A stretch of 32,000 bases of DNA from an uncultured archaeon (lineage in GTDB: Archaea > Iainarchaeota > Iainarchaeia > Iainarchaeales > DATDZZ01): contig CAYJVY010000002.1 in NCBI GenBank assembly GCA_964373795.1, positions 84,207 through 116,206 on the forward strand. Direction: 5' to 3'. The position numbers and the translations under genes are program-made. Numbering within the stretch: the first letter of the stretch is position 1; each line of letters starts with the position of its first letter. The notes beneath the pieces were generated by a model. That model saw only the letters and a program-made list of their open reading frames with translations. It did not search any database and was not told the origin of the DNA. Below, in pieces: positions 17,653 to 24,991 of the stretch.

Positions 17653-18567
17653 ATGGCTTACCCTGAAGGCGGAGATGCTGGAACTGAACCATTGCCTAGT
17701 GGCGGAGGATATGATTACGGGAACTACGGAGGAGAAGATCTTAAAACAAAGTTATTGAAAAACTTTGAAGGATTTATTCCACTAATTTTAATTATCATTA
17801 TTGGATTCTTTTTACTTTCAAGACTAAATATTTTAACTCCTGAAATGCCTTTAATTGGTCCAATAGTTGCAATTGCTGGCGGTCAAGGAGACGAGCCAAG
17901 AGAAATGCTTATAATTGGAAAATCAACTCCTTTAACTTTAAATTTATTAAATCAAAACAGAAAACTAGTAAGATATGACATGCGGACAGCAGGCGAATTA
18001 GATCGAAACCCTAAAGAAGTTTTAGCTCAATATAACATGGTTTTATTTGATCAATCAACTGAAAACGATAAAACAATTCCATTCGAGGTAGCAGAAGCAT
18101 TAAATGAATGGGTTAAAAAAGGCGGAAAACTATTAATTGTTCAAAACTCTGGAACTCAGAGAAGAGGAGCATTTGATGTAATTGGCTGGGAAGCAAGCTT
18201 TGGAGCAAAATTTGTTCCAGTTAGCTGTGAACCAGGAGCAGATAATCAACCAAGATGCTTGAAATCAATTGGAGTAGCAAGAGGAAAAATTATTGCAGCA
18301 AAAAGAAATCACAGAGTAATGCAAGGAATTGAAATTGCTCCAGCAGCTCCAGAACAATATTATGCATTAGAATTATTTGATGTAGGAGTAGAAGGAGGAG
18401 CACAAGAACTTGCATACTTTGAAACCTTTCCAGACAAAAAAAGATTCACTGCAATAGTTGAAGCAAAATCCCCAATATCAATTGGATTAGGAAAAGTATT
18501 ATACTTCAACTATGATTTAGGAAAATCTCCAGGAATATTTGAAAACACTTTAAGGTATTTAAAGTAA
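17653..18567 (+). CDS. Membrane-anchored protein, paralog 2, with a Gly/Tyr-rich N-terminal tail.
   Basis: 304-aa ORF. GGTGA lies upstream of the ATG. It has a TM helix and shares blocks with paralog 1: EPREMLIIG ... QYNMVLF ... GGKLLIVQNSGT. Confidence 0.6.
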   Translation: MAYPEGGDAGTEPLPSGGGYDYGNYGGEDLKTKLLKNFEGFIPLILIIIIGFFLLSRLNILTPEMPLIGPIVAIAGGQGDEPREMLIIGKSTPLTLNLLNQNRKLVRYDMRTAGELDRNPKEVLAQYNMVLFDQSTENDKTIPFEVAEALNEWVKKGGKLLIVQNSGTQRRGAFDVIGWEASFGAKFVPVSCEPGADNQPRCLKSIGVARGKIIAAKRNHRVMQGIEIAPAAPEQYYALELFDVGVEGGAQELAYFETFPDKKRFTAIVEAKSPISIGLGKVLYFNYDLGKSPGIFENTLRYLK

Positions 18568-18591
18568 AAAGCTTTTTTAGAAAAAAAGCTT

Positions 18592-18703
18592 GCAAAAAAA
18601 CATATTAGCAAAAAAAACATATTAGCAAAAAAACAAACTAGCAAAAAATTTAGAAAAAAAAGTTGCAAAAAAAATGCAAAAAACTTTGCAAAGTGCAAAA
18701 AAA
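18592..18703. repeat. Array of nine degenerate GCAAAA(A)n / TGCAAA A-tract repeats in the intergenic region upstream of albA.
   Basis: GCA(A)n units start at 18592, 18608, 18625, 18641, 18653 (GAAAAAAAA variant), 18665, 18676, 18688 and 18695. CATATTAGCAAAAAAA occurs twice in tandem. Spacing is 16-17 bp at first, then 11-12 bp. Confidence 0.6.
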
Positions 18704-18806
18704 GCCTTAAATCCTTATTTTTTCTTTTTTTTATTAAAAAACTTGTTTTATAAATCTTTTTTTTAATAGTTATTTAAACAATAATCAAAAACAGGAGTGA
18801 TTCAAA

Positions 18807-19079
18807 ATGTCAGAAGACAACACTATATACGTAGGAAAAAAAGGAACAATGAGTTATGTATTAGCAATAGTAACTCAACTAAATCAAGGATCTAGCGAGG
18901 TATTCATTAAAGCTAGAGGAAAAGCAATCAGCAGAGCAGTAGACGTAGCAGAAATAGTGCGAAACAAGTTTGCAAAAGACTTGCAAGTAGGAAGCATTGG
19001 AATTTCAACAGAAGAAGTTCAAACAGAAGACGGGCAAGCAATAAAGGTTTCAGCAATTGAAATCCTGCTAAGAAAGTAA
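18807..19079 (+). CDS. albA: Chromatin/RNA-binding protein Alba.
   Basis: 90 aa. Blocks read: [43 protein letters not shown], and [19 protein letters not shown]-like motif upstream. Confidence 0.9.
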   Translation: MSEDNTIYVGKKGTMSYVLAIVTQLNQGSSEVFIKARGKAISRAVDVAEIVRNKFAKDLQVGSIGISTEEVQTEDGQAIKVSAIEILLRK

Positions 19080-19212
19080 TAACAGCTATTCAATTTAGCG
19101 AAAAATTATTTTTCTATTTCTTTTTTATTTTCTTTTTCAAAAACACGCATAGTTTGAAATCCTAATTCTTGCAAGATGAACTTGTATGTCTTTTTTAAAC
19201 GAAAAGTATTTA

Positions 19213-19237
19213 TATATCATGATTGTATCATGATATA
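19213..19237. promoter_or_regulatory. Perfect 11-bp inverted repeat with a 3-bp spacer (TATATCATGAT-TGT-ATCATGATATA) between a TATA-like box and the ATG of the wHTH gene; candidate auto-operator.
   Basis: Verified base by base. A third ATCATGA copy sits at 19247-19253 inside the first codons. The TTTATATA box lies at about 19208-19215. Confidence 0.5.
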
Positions 19238-19239
19238 CT

Positions 19240-19728
19240 ATGACTGATCATGACTTTATTAATAAAGGTTTTTCAAGGGAAGAAAAAAAGTTAATGGAAA
19301 ACATTAACGATAAATTCAATGAATTTACTTTTGATGTTCAAGAAATAATGGAGTTAAGTGAAAACCCTGTTTTTGTTTCAATTCTTTTATTCAAATTAGC
19401 TGAAGAAAGAAGGAAAACAAATCAATTACTTGAAGAATTAAATAAAAAATATGATTCAATAATGCTTGAATTAAAAACTAAAGGCACTTCTGTTGGCGAG
19501 GCTCACCAGCTAACAACTGAAGAAGACATTAATGTTCTTCCAGAACAAGATCAACAAATCTTAAATTTAGTTCAAGATAAAGGTTTAACTTCTGCTGAAG
19601 AAGTTCAAAAAGCATTAAGTTATAAGGGAAGAAATGCTGCTTCCCAAAGACTTAACATGCTTTACAAGCAAGGATACTTAAAAAAAATTCAATCAGGAAA
19701 AAAAGTTTTATTCTTACCAGTAACTTAA
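19240..19728 (+). CDS. Transcriptional regulator with a C-terminal winged helix-turn-helix (MarR/TrmB-like).
   Basis: 162 aa. The C-terminal stretch LPEQDQQILNLVQDKGLTSAEEVQKALSYKGRNAASQRLNMLYKQGYLKKIQSGKKVLF is a typical wHTH pattern. Confidence 0.6.
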   Translation: MTDHDFINKGFSREEKKLMENINDKFNEFTFDVQEIMELSENPVFVSILLFKLAEERRKTNQLLEELNKKYDSIMLELKTKGTSVGEAHQLTTEEDINVLPEQDQQILNLVQDKGLTSAEEVQKALSYKGRNAASQRLNMLYKQGYLKKIQSGKKVLFLPVT

Positions 19729-19753
19729 TGCGTTTCAATATCAACTCCCACGA

Positions 19754-19816
19754 CAAGCCATGAATCCTTCAAAGGTTCAATAACCCTCTCAAACCCCCTT
19801 TTGGGTTCATGGTTTG
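19754..19816 (+). ncRNA. Candidate structured element: a long hairpin (14-bp outer stem including 2 G-U pairs, 5-bp inner stem) in a GC-elevated intergenic region. Strand unknown.
   Basis: 19754-19767 (CAAGCCATGAATCC) pairs with 19803-19816 (GGGTTCATGGTTTG). 19771-19775 pairs with 19797-19801. Local G+C is about 46% by my count. A second 8-bp hairpin, AACCTTTT-AGA-AAAAGGTT, lies at 19855-19873. Confidence 0.25.
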
Positions 19817-20041
19817 CCTTATCAATTCAAGATTTTAGTCCTTAACTTCCAAACAACCTTTTAGAAAAAGGTTGACGAAAAAAGCACAAAACCTTTGCCT
19901 CAAACAAAGAAATCGGGTGAAAGAAAAGCGTTTAAGAAATTCAAAAAATTAAACGCTTTTTCTTCTATTTTCCTCATTTTTTACTTTGCAATTGTCGAGG
20001 TCAGTGAAACTATTTTAAATTTTAAAGACATAAATAATAAC

Positions 20042-20431
20042 ATGTTTTACGGATATTTTTCAATCATTAGAGAAAAAGTTCAACAAATTGGTTTTAGACC
20101 ATTCCTTACATTAATTTTTTTAGAGTATAATTTGGATGGAAAGGCTTGGAATTCATCTCTTGGAAACATTGTTGAAGTAGAGGTTTGGGGCAAAAAACAA
20201 GATATTGAAAGATTTTACAATGATATTAGAGCTTTAAAACTTAAACCAAAAGGAGCCAAACCAGAATTTGTTTCAAAAATTTCATTAAAAAAATCTAAAG
20301 GCCCAAATTATTTGAAGGTAATTAGTTACAATCAATATCTAATGTATCAACAATTAAGTAAAGGAATTGAAGTTCAAAAAAAGATTCCAGAAAAACTTCA
20401 AGAACTAATTAATTTAACAAAAGAAAAATGA
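20042..20431 (+). CDS. Acylphosphatase-like fold protein (divergent), function unknown.
   Basis: The track ORF starts at 19895 with a non-ATG codon; the ATG at 20042 is the more plausible start. REKVQQIGFRPFL...GKAWNSSLGNIVEVEVWG loosely resembles the acylphosphatase / HypF N-domain pattern (VQGVGFR...G.V.N...G.V.i...G). Confidence 0.4.
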   Translation: MFYGYFSIIREKVQQIGFRPFLTLIFLEYNLDGKAWNSSLGNIVEVEVWGKKQDIERFYNDIRALKLKPKGAKPEFVSKISLKKSKGPNYLKVISYNQYLMYQQLSKGIEVQKKIPEKLQELINLTKEK

Positions 20432-20459
20432 TCCACAAATAATTTTGCCAAAACAAAAT

Positions 20460-20945
20460 TCAATTCTTTCCAATTAATTTTTTTCCTAATTTCTGTAAAG
20501 CAGTTTTTGCATAAACTTTTATTTGTTCAGCAACGCCGTATTTAGAGTTATCTAATTCTTCAAGCGAGAACCATTTACATTCATCACTAATTTCTTGTTC
20601 AGATAATTCAAGTTTGTCTGTACCAGATTTTGCAAAATAAGTTAAAGTAACATGTTCATGTGACTCGTTAATTCTGTTCCGATTAAGAAATTGTGGAGGA
20701 ATTAATTCTTTATAGCCTTTGCTTTGAAAAAACTGAAAATTTTTGTCTTTGTAAAGCGTAACATTTAATCCAACTTCTTCTTTCACTTCTCTTAAAGCTG
20801 CTTGATTTGGATCTTCATCAAGTTCTACATGTCCTCCAACACTTAACCAAAGCTTGTATTTGTCGTGTTTACGTAAAAGAACCTTGTTTTTATAAACAAC
20901 AAAAACCTCTACAGTGAAATCAATTTTTTCATGAACATGAGGCAT
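20460..20945 (-). CDS. NUDIX hydrolase.
   Basis: The Nudix box GGHVELDEDPNQAALREVKEEVGL matches Gx5Ex7REUxEExGU. The ATG at 20945 (MPHVHEK...) is preferred over the track start at 20996. Confidence 0.85.
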   Translation of the reverse strand: MPHVHEKIDFTVEVFVVYKNKVLLRKHDKYKLWLSVGGHVELDEDPNQAALREVKEEVGLNVTLYKDKNFQFFQSKGYKELIPPQFLNRNRINESHEHVTLTYFAKSGTDKLELSEQEISDECKWFSLEELDNSKYGVAEQIKVYAKTALQKLGKKLIGKN

Positions 20946-21008
20946 AACAACCAAAACTACCAACCAAAATAAAAAGATTATTTGAAGGAATTGCAAACTC
21001 CAAGAATT

Positions 21009-21341
21009 TCAATCTTCTTTCAATTTTCTTATTTTTTTAATTAGCGCATCTTGATATACTTTGAATGCCTTTCGATTCTCTTTCTTGTAAATATATGGCG
21101 TTGCTAAATCTTCTTTGCATTTTGGACATCTTAGTATTTGAATTTCATTCAATGGCATAGTTTCAAGATTAGTCAGCTTCTTGGGGAAAAAAATTCTATC
21201 AAAGTAAAGTCGTCTTAAATTTCCAGGGCCATCTTTTTGGTAAGTAAGAATTTGTTCACCACAAATTCTGCAAAATAAATTAAATAATCTTGAAATTCCT
21301 CTTGTGCTTTGATATTTATCTTTTTTAAATTCAGTTACCAT
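21009..21341 (-). CDS. Small zinc-ribbon protein, function unknown.
   Basis: 110-aa ORF containing CRICG ... CPKC. Confidence 0.55.
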   Translation of the reverse strand: MVTEFKKDKYQSTRGISRLFNLFCRICGEQILTYQKDGPGNLRRLYFDRIFFPKKLTNLETMPLNEIQILRCPKCKEDLATPYIYKKENRKAFKVYQDALIKKIRKLKED

Positions 21342-21376
21342 ATGTATACAATAATAAGAAAATCATTTATTAATCC

Positions 21377-21408
21377 TTTTTTGAGTTTAATTGCAAACAA
21401 ATTTAAAC
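21377..21408 (+). promoter_or_regulatory. Copy 1 of an identical 32-bp element (ttttttgagtttaattgcaaacaaatttaaac) with a TATA-like ATTTAAA, ending 21 nt before the ATG at 21430.
   Basis: Matches 23240-23271 base for base. It lies in a divergent intergenic region. Confidence 0.6.
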
Positions 21409-21429
21409 ATTTAACTGCAAATAAAGTTA

Positions 21430-22338
21430 ATGAAAAAAACTTTTTATCATTTCACAGTTGAATGGCTGAATTTTTTTACTAAAGATGGCTTGGATTTAGA
21501 GGGATTTCTTTTTAGAGCAAAAAAGCCAACAAAAACTGCTTGGATTCATGTTCATGCAATGAATGATTTTTCTTTAGATGAAAAATACGTTGATTCAATT
21601 AAAAAAATTGCGTTAAAAAATAATATTTCTTTTTTTGCATTCAATAACCGTGGAATGGGACACATAAATGTTTTCAGAAAAATCAAGAAAAAAGAAACAG
21701 ATTTTGTTATGATCGGCACTTCTTTAGAGAAATTCAAAGAATGTGTTTACGACATTGACGGAGCAATTAATCGATTAAAAAAAGAAGGATTTAAAGAATT
21801 TGTTTTATCAGGGCATTCAACTGGTTGTCAAAAAATTATATACTATTTATTTAAAGTAAAAAACAATGCAGTAAAAGCAATTGTATTTCTTTCCCCAGTG
21901 GATGACATTACATTTGATGTAAAGATTTTAGGGAAAAAATTTAAACCAGCTTTCGAGCTTGCAAAAAAACTTGTAAAAACAGGCAGAGGAAAGGAAATAA
22001 TGCCTTTAAAGTATTCAAGTGAATATTGGTCAGCACAAAGATTTTACAACTTGTACAAAAAGAATTCAATTGAAGGAGATATTTTTAATTACACTAAGCC
22101 TTTAAAATTTTTGAAGAAAATTAGTCAACCAATTCTTAGCTTGCTTTCGTCTGAAGAACAATTTTTAGCTGAACCAGCAAAAGAAATGATTGAAAAAATC
22201 AATTCAGTTACAGTGAATGCTCTGTCTGATGGAATTGCATTTAAAGGCGGCGATCATTGTTTTCGAGGCAAGGAAGACATATTAGAAAAACTAGTTGAAA
22301 CCTGGATTCAAAAACTAAAAAAAGGCAAAGCAATTTAA
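21430..22338 (+). CDS. Alpha/beta-fold hydrolase (serine nucleophile elbow GHSTG).
   Basis: 302 aa. It has VLSGHSTGCQ, and its size and secondary-structure pattern fit an alpha/beta hydrolase. Confidence 0.7.
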   Translation: MKKTFYHFTVEWLNFFTKDGLDLEGFLFRAKKPTKTAWIHVHAMNDFSLDEKYVDSIKKIALKNNISFFAFNNRGMGHINVFRKIKKKETDFVMIGTSLEKFKECVYDIDGAINRLKKEGFKEFVLSGHSTGCQKIIYYLFKVKNNAVKAIVFLSPVDDITFDVKILGKKFKPAFELAKKLVKTGRGKEIMPLKYSSEYWSAQRFYNLYKKNSIEGDIFNYTKPLKFLKKISQPILSLLSSEEQFLAEPAKEMIEKINSVTVNALSDGIAFKGGDHCFRGKEDILEKLVETWIQKLKKGKAI

Positions 22339-22468
22339 GAACACGACAAAAACCCTTCCGCAAAAAATTTTGGAAAAAAATCATCCATTTAAAAATGCCA
22401 AGTTATACAATTGTCGAAAACTTGTGAAGCAATAAAAATCTTTTCTTTGCGAAAATGCTTTAGTTTAA

Positions 22469-22891
22469 ATGAAAATTTACTTGGATTCGAATGTGCTTAT
22501 TTCTGTGTTGCGAGAAGAGATTGGCAGAAATTTAAGATTACTATCTGGTGAAGCAGAAGAGTTTCTTAATTACGCAAGAGACAATAAAATTGTAATTGTT
22601 TTGTCGGATTTGTTTTTCATTGAATTAGAAGATGTAATATCTTACAACAAACAAAGTGTCATAGAGTTCATTAAAGAAAAAGGAATTATTTTTGAAGAAG
22701 TTAAAATGTTACAAGATGACATAGAAAATGCAAAAAAATTTGAGAAAATAGGCGTTCATTCACCCGACTCAAAACATATAGCAATAGCAATTAGAATAAA
22801 GTGTGATTGTATTGTGACATTTAATTTGAAGGATTTTGAAAAAGCAGCAAAATTTATTCAAATAATTGAACCAAAATATTTCAAACCTTGA
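22469..22891 (+). CDS. vapC: PIN-domain (VapC-like) ribonuclease toxin.
   Basis: 140 aa. MKIYLDSNVLISVL at the N-terminus, acidic residues in LSDLFFIELE and HSPDSKHIAIA, and C-terminal TFNLKDF. Confidence 0.75.
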   Translation: MKIYLDSNVLISVLREEIGRNLRLLSGEAEEFLNYARDNKIVIVLSDLFFIELEDVISYNKQSVIEFIKEKGIIFEEVKMLQDDIENAKKFEKIGVHSPDSKHIAIAIRIKCDCIVTFNLKDFEKAAKFIQIIEPKYFKP

Positions 22892-23168
22892 ATCCCTTTT
22901 TCTTTGCAAATTTCAAAAACGCTTTCTGCTTTTCTTCACGACTTATAAGATTTCCGTCCCAGCCATTTTCTAATGCGCCTAGAGCAAATTTTCTTGTCAA
23001 AAATCTTGACCTTTGTTTTTCATCAGTTACAAGTTCTACCTGCAACAATTTCTCCCTGATTGCATCCTTCAAAAACTCGCTTCGTGAAGAATAAAGCTTT
23101 GAATTCTTAATCATTTTATCAATCGCTTCAATGAACTCATCATTTACAACAGTAGTCAAAGTACCCAA
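22881..23168 (-). CDS. Ribbon-helix-helix (CopG/MetJ-like) DNA-binding protein, putative antitoxin/regulator; TTG start.
   Basis: 95 aa. TLTTVVNDEFIEAIDKMIKNSKLYSSRSEFLKDAIREKL is a classic RHH pattern. It converges on the PIN gene and their 3' ends overlap by 11 nt. Confidence 0.7.
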   Translation of the reverse strand: MGTLTTVVNDEFIEAIDKMIKNSKLYSSRSEFLKDAIREKLLQVELVTDEKQRSRFLTRKFALGALENGWDGNLISREEKQKAFLKFAKKKGFKV

Positions 23169-23239
23169 AAAAACACCTACTAGCTAATGACTAATAGGTG
23201 ACTAACAATATTTAAAGGTTTCTTTATCACACATTATCT

Positions 23240-23271
23240 TTTTTTGAGTTTAATTGCAAACAAATTTAAAC
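23240..23271 (+). promoter_or_regulatory. Copy 2 of the identical 32-bp element, upstream of the intein-containing ATPase gene.
   Basis: Matches 21377-21408 base for base. It ends 50 nt before the ATG at 23321 and 28 nt before the TTG at 23300. Confidence 0.6.
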
Positions 23272-23320
23272 TAATTTTTTGAATGAAAACTTTTATTAAT
23301 TGTTAAACTGTATTATTTTC

Positions 23321-24931
23321 ATGCCTATTTCACTTAAAGAAGAATCTTCAGTTATTGGAAGAACTGCTAAAGATTTGAAAAAATATGGAGAAAAAGGAAC
23401 TGCTTATTTAGGGAAAACAGTTCTATCAGCTGGAGATAATCCAACTCTTGGAAGAAAAGTTTTAGTTGATATTTCCAAACCCCATTTAGTTTTAATTTGC
23501 GGCAAGAGAGGAGGGGGAAAATGTCTTCACGAAGACACTTTAATAACTCTTGACAACGGAGAAGAAATTCCAATCAAAGAACTTGAAAAAAATAATAATA
23601 AAATAATTGCTTTAAATGATAAACTAAAATTAATTCATACGTATAAAACAGAATTTTACAAACGAGAAGTGAATAAATTATTGCAAATAAAGCTGCGAAC
23701 TGGAAAAGAAATAAAGTTAACTCCTGAACACCCTATTTTTACTATTGATGGATGGATTCAAACAGAGGAGTTAAATGTCGGCAGTAGAATTGCAACTCCT
23801 AGAAAAATTAATTTTATTGGAAATGAAGTCCTGGAAGAGTTTAAAGTAGTGCTGCTTGCATACTTAATTGCAGAGGGACATTTAGGAAATAAAAAAGTAT
23901 TGTTTTCAAATCAAGATGAGAAAATTATTCAAGAATTTAAAGAATGTATTAAAAAATTTGATGAAAACCTTGTTGTAAAAAAACACGGCAAAGACTGTTT
24001 TACTGTTGTACAAAAATCCATTAAAAGAAAAATTGATTACGTAGTAAGAAGTGATGGAAGGTTTGCAAAAGGAAGTAAATTTAATAAAAAAAGCGTTACT
24101 GAATGGCTTGAAGCATTTGAACTCTATAACAAGAAATCAGAAAAAAAATTTATTCCAAAAGAAATATTCAAATTAACTAAAAAAGGATTAGCACTATTTT
24201 TGAATAGATATTTTAGCTGTGATGGAACAATTTATTTTGATTCAAATACAAAAACTTACAGAATTAGTGTTTCTTCTGCTTCTGAAATGCTTGCAAGGCA
24301 ATTGCAAAGCCTGCTTTTAAGATTTGAAATGGTTGGAGTTTTAAGAAATAAAAAAAGTAAGTTAAATGGAAAAGAGTTTAAAAGCTTTGAATTAGAGTTA
24401 AAAGGAAAAAATGTTGAAACCTTCATTAAAGAAATTGGATTCTATGGAAAAAAAGAAATTAAACAAAATGAAGCCTTAAAAAAAATAGAAAACATTAAAA
24501 GAAATACAAACATTGACACAATTCCAAGAGAGATATGGAAAACTTACAGGCCAAAAAGTTGGACTGAAATTGGTAAAAAAATTGGCTATGCAATTCCAAA
24601 GAGTTTAAGGGAAAGCATTTATTATTCTCCTTCAAGGCAAAAATTATTGCAAATAGCTAAAGCAGATCATCAAGAAAAAATAGTTGAACTAGCTGAATCA
24701 GATATTTTTTGGGATGAAGTAATTGAAATAAAAGAACTTGAAGGAAAATTTAATGTATATGATATTGTTGTTCCGGAATTCCATAACTTTGTTGCAAATA
24801 ATATAATTGTTCACAATTCTTATTCAATGTCAGTTGTAATGGAGGAATTTTGTTTACAGCCTGCAGAGATTAGGCAAAGAATTTCTGTTATAACAATTGA
24901 TACTGGGGGAATTTTTTGGACTTTAAAATAA
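23321..24931 (+). CDS. HerA/FtsK-superfamily (DUF87-like) P-loop ATPase, N-terminal part. The Walker A motif is interrupted by an intein and the ORF ends at an in-frame TAA.
   Basis: The N-extein ends ...HLVLICGKRGGGK and the C-extein resumes SYSMSVVMEEF..., so splicing would restore GKRGGGKS. The track start at 23300 is TTG; the first ATG is at 23321. Confidence 0.75.
   Translation: MPISLKEESSVIGRTAKDLKKYGEKGTAYLGKTVLSAGDNPTLGRKVLVDISKPHLVLICGKRGGGKCLHEDTLITLDNGEEIPIKELEKNNNKIIALNDKLKLIHTYKTEFYKREVNKLLQIKLRTGKEIKLTPEHPIFTIDGWIQTEELNVGSRIATPRKINFIGNEVLEEFKVVLLAYLIAEGHLGNKKVLFSNQDEKIIQEFKECIKKFDENLVVKKHGKDCFTVVQKSIKRKIDYVVRSDGRFAKGSKFNKKSVTEWLEAFELYNKKSEKKFIPKEIFKLTKKGLALFLNRYFSCDGTIYFDSNTKTYRISVSSASEMLARQLQSLLLRFEMVGVLRNKKSKLNGKEFKSFELELKGKNVETFIKEIGFYGKKEIKQNEALKKIENIKRNTNIDTIPREIWKTYRPKSWTEIGKKIGYAIPKSLRESIYYSPSRQKLLQIAKADHQEKIVELAESDIFWDEVIEIKELEGKFNVYDIVVPEFHNFVANNIIVHNSYSMSVVMEEFCLQPAEIRQRISVITIDTGGIFWTLK
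23522..24817 (+). mobile_element. Intein of 432 aa with a LAGLIDADG homing-endonuclease domain, inserted in the ATPase P-loop.
   Basis: Cys1 context CLHEDTLITLDNG. Block B is LTPEHPIFT. LAGLIDADG-like blocks are LLAYLIAEGHLG and LFLNRYFSCDGTI. The C-terminus reads VYDIVVPEFHNFVANNIIVHN, followed by the +1 Ser. Confidence 0.85.
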
Positions 24932-24991
24932 CCGAACGAGGAAGAAAAAAAATTATTAGCTGATCCTGAGTGGAGGTTAGAGCCTCAAGGA

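Noticed and set aside
18510-18698. Minus-strand 62-aa ORF across the A-tract array.
   Set aside because: Its translation is poly-Phe/Leu generated by the A-tracts. It also overlaps the 3' end of a supported gene. I treat it as repeat DNA, not coding sequence.
23283-23306. 7-codon upstream mini-ORF (MKTFINC) ahead of the ATPase gene, considered as a leader peptide.
   Set aside because: It is too short and too close to the putative TATA element to be supported from sequence alone.
24929-24931. Reassignment of TAA as a sense codon, meaning an alternative genetic code.
   Set aside because: TAA terminates many well-supported genes in this window at family-appropriate lengths, including albA, acyP, ileS and dys. 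A genome-wide reassignment is therefore not supported.
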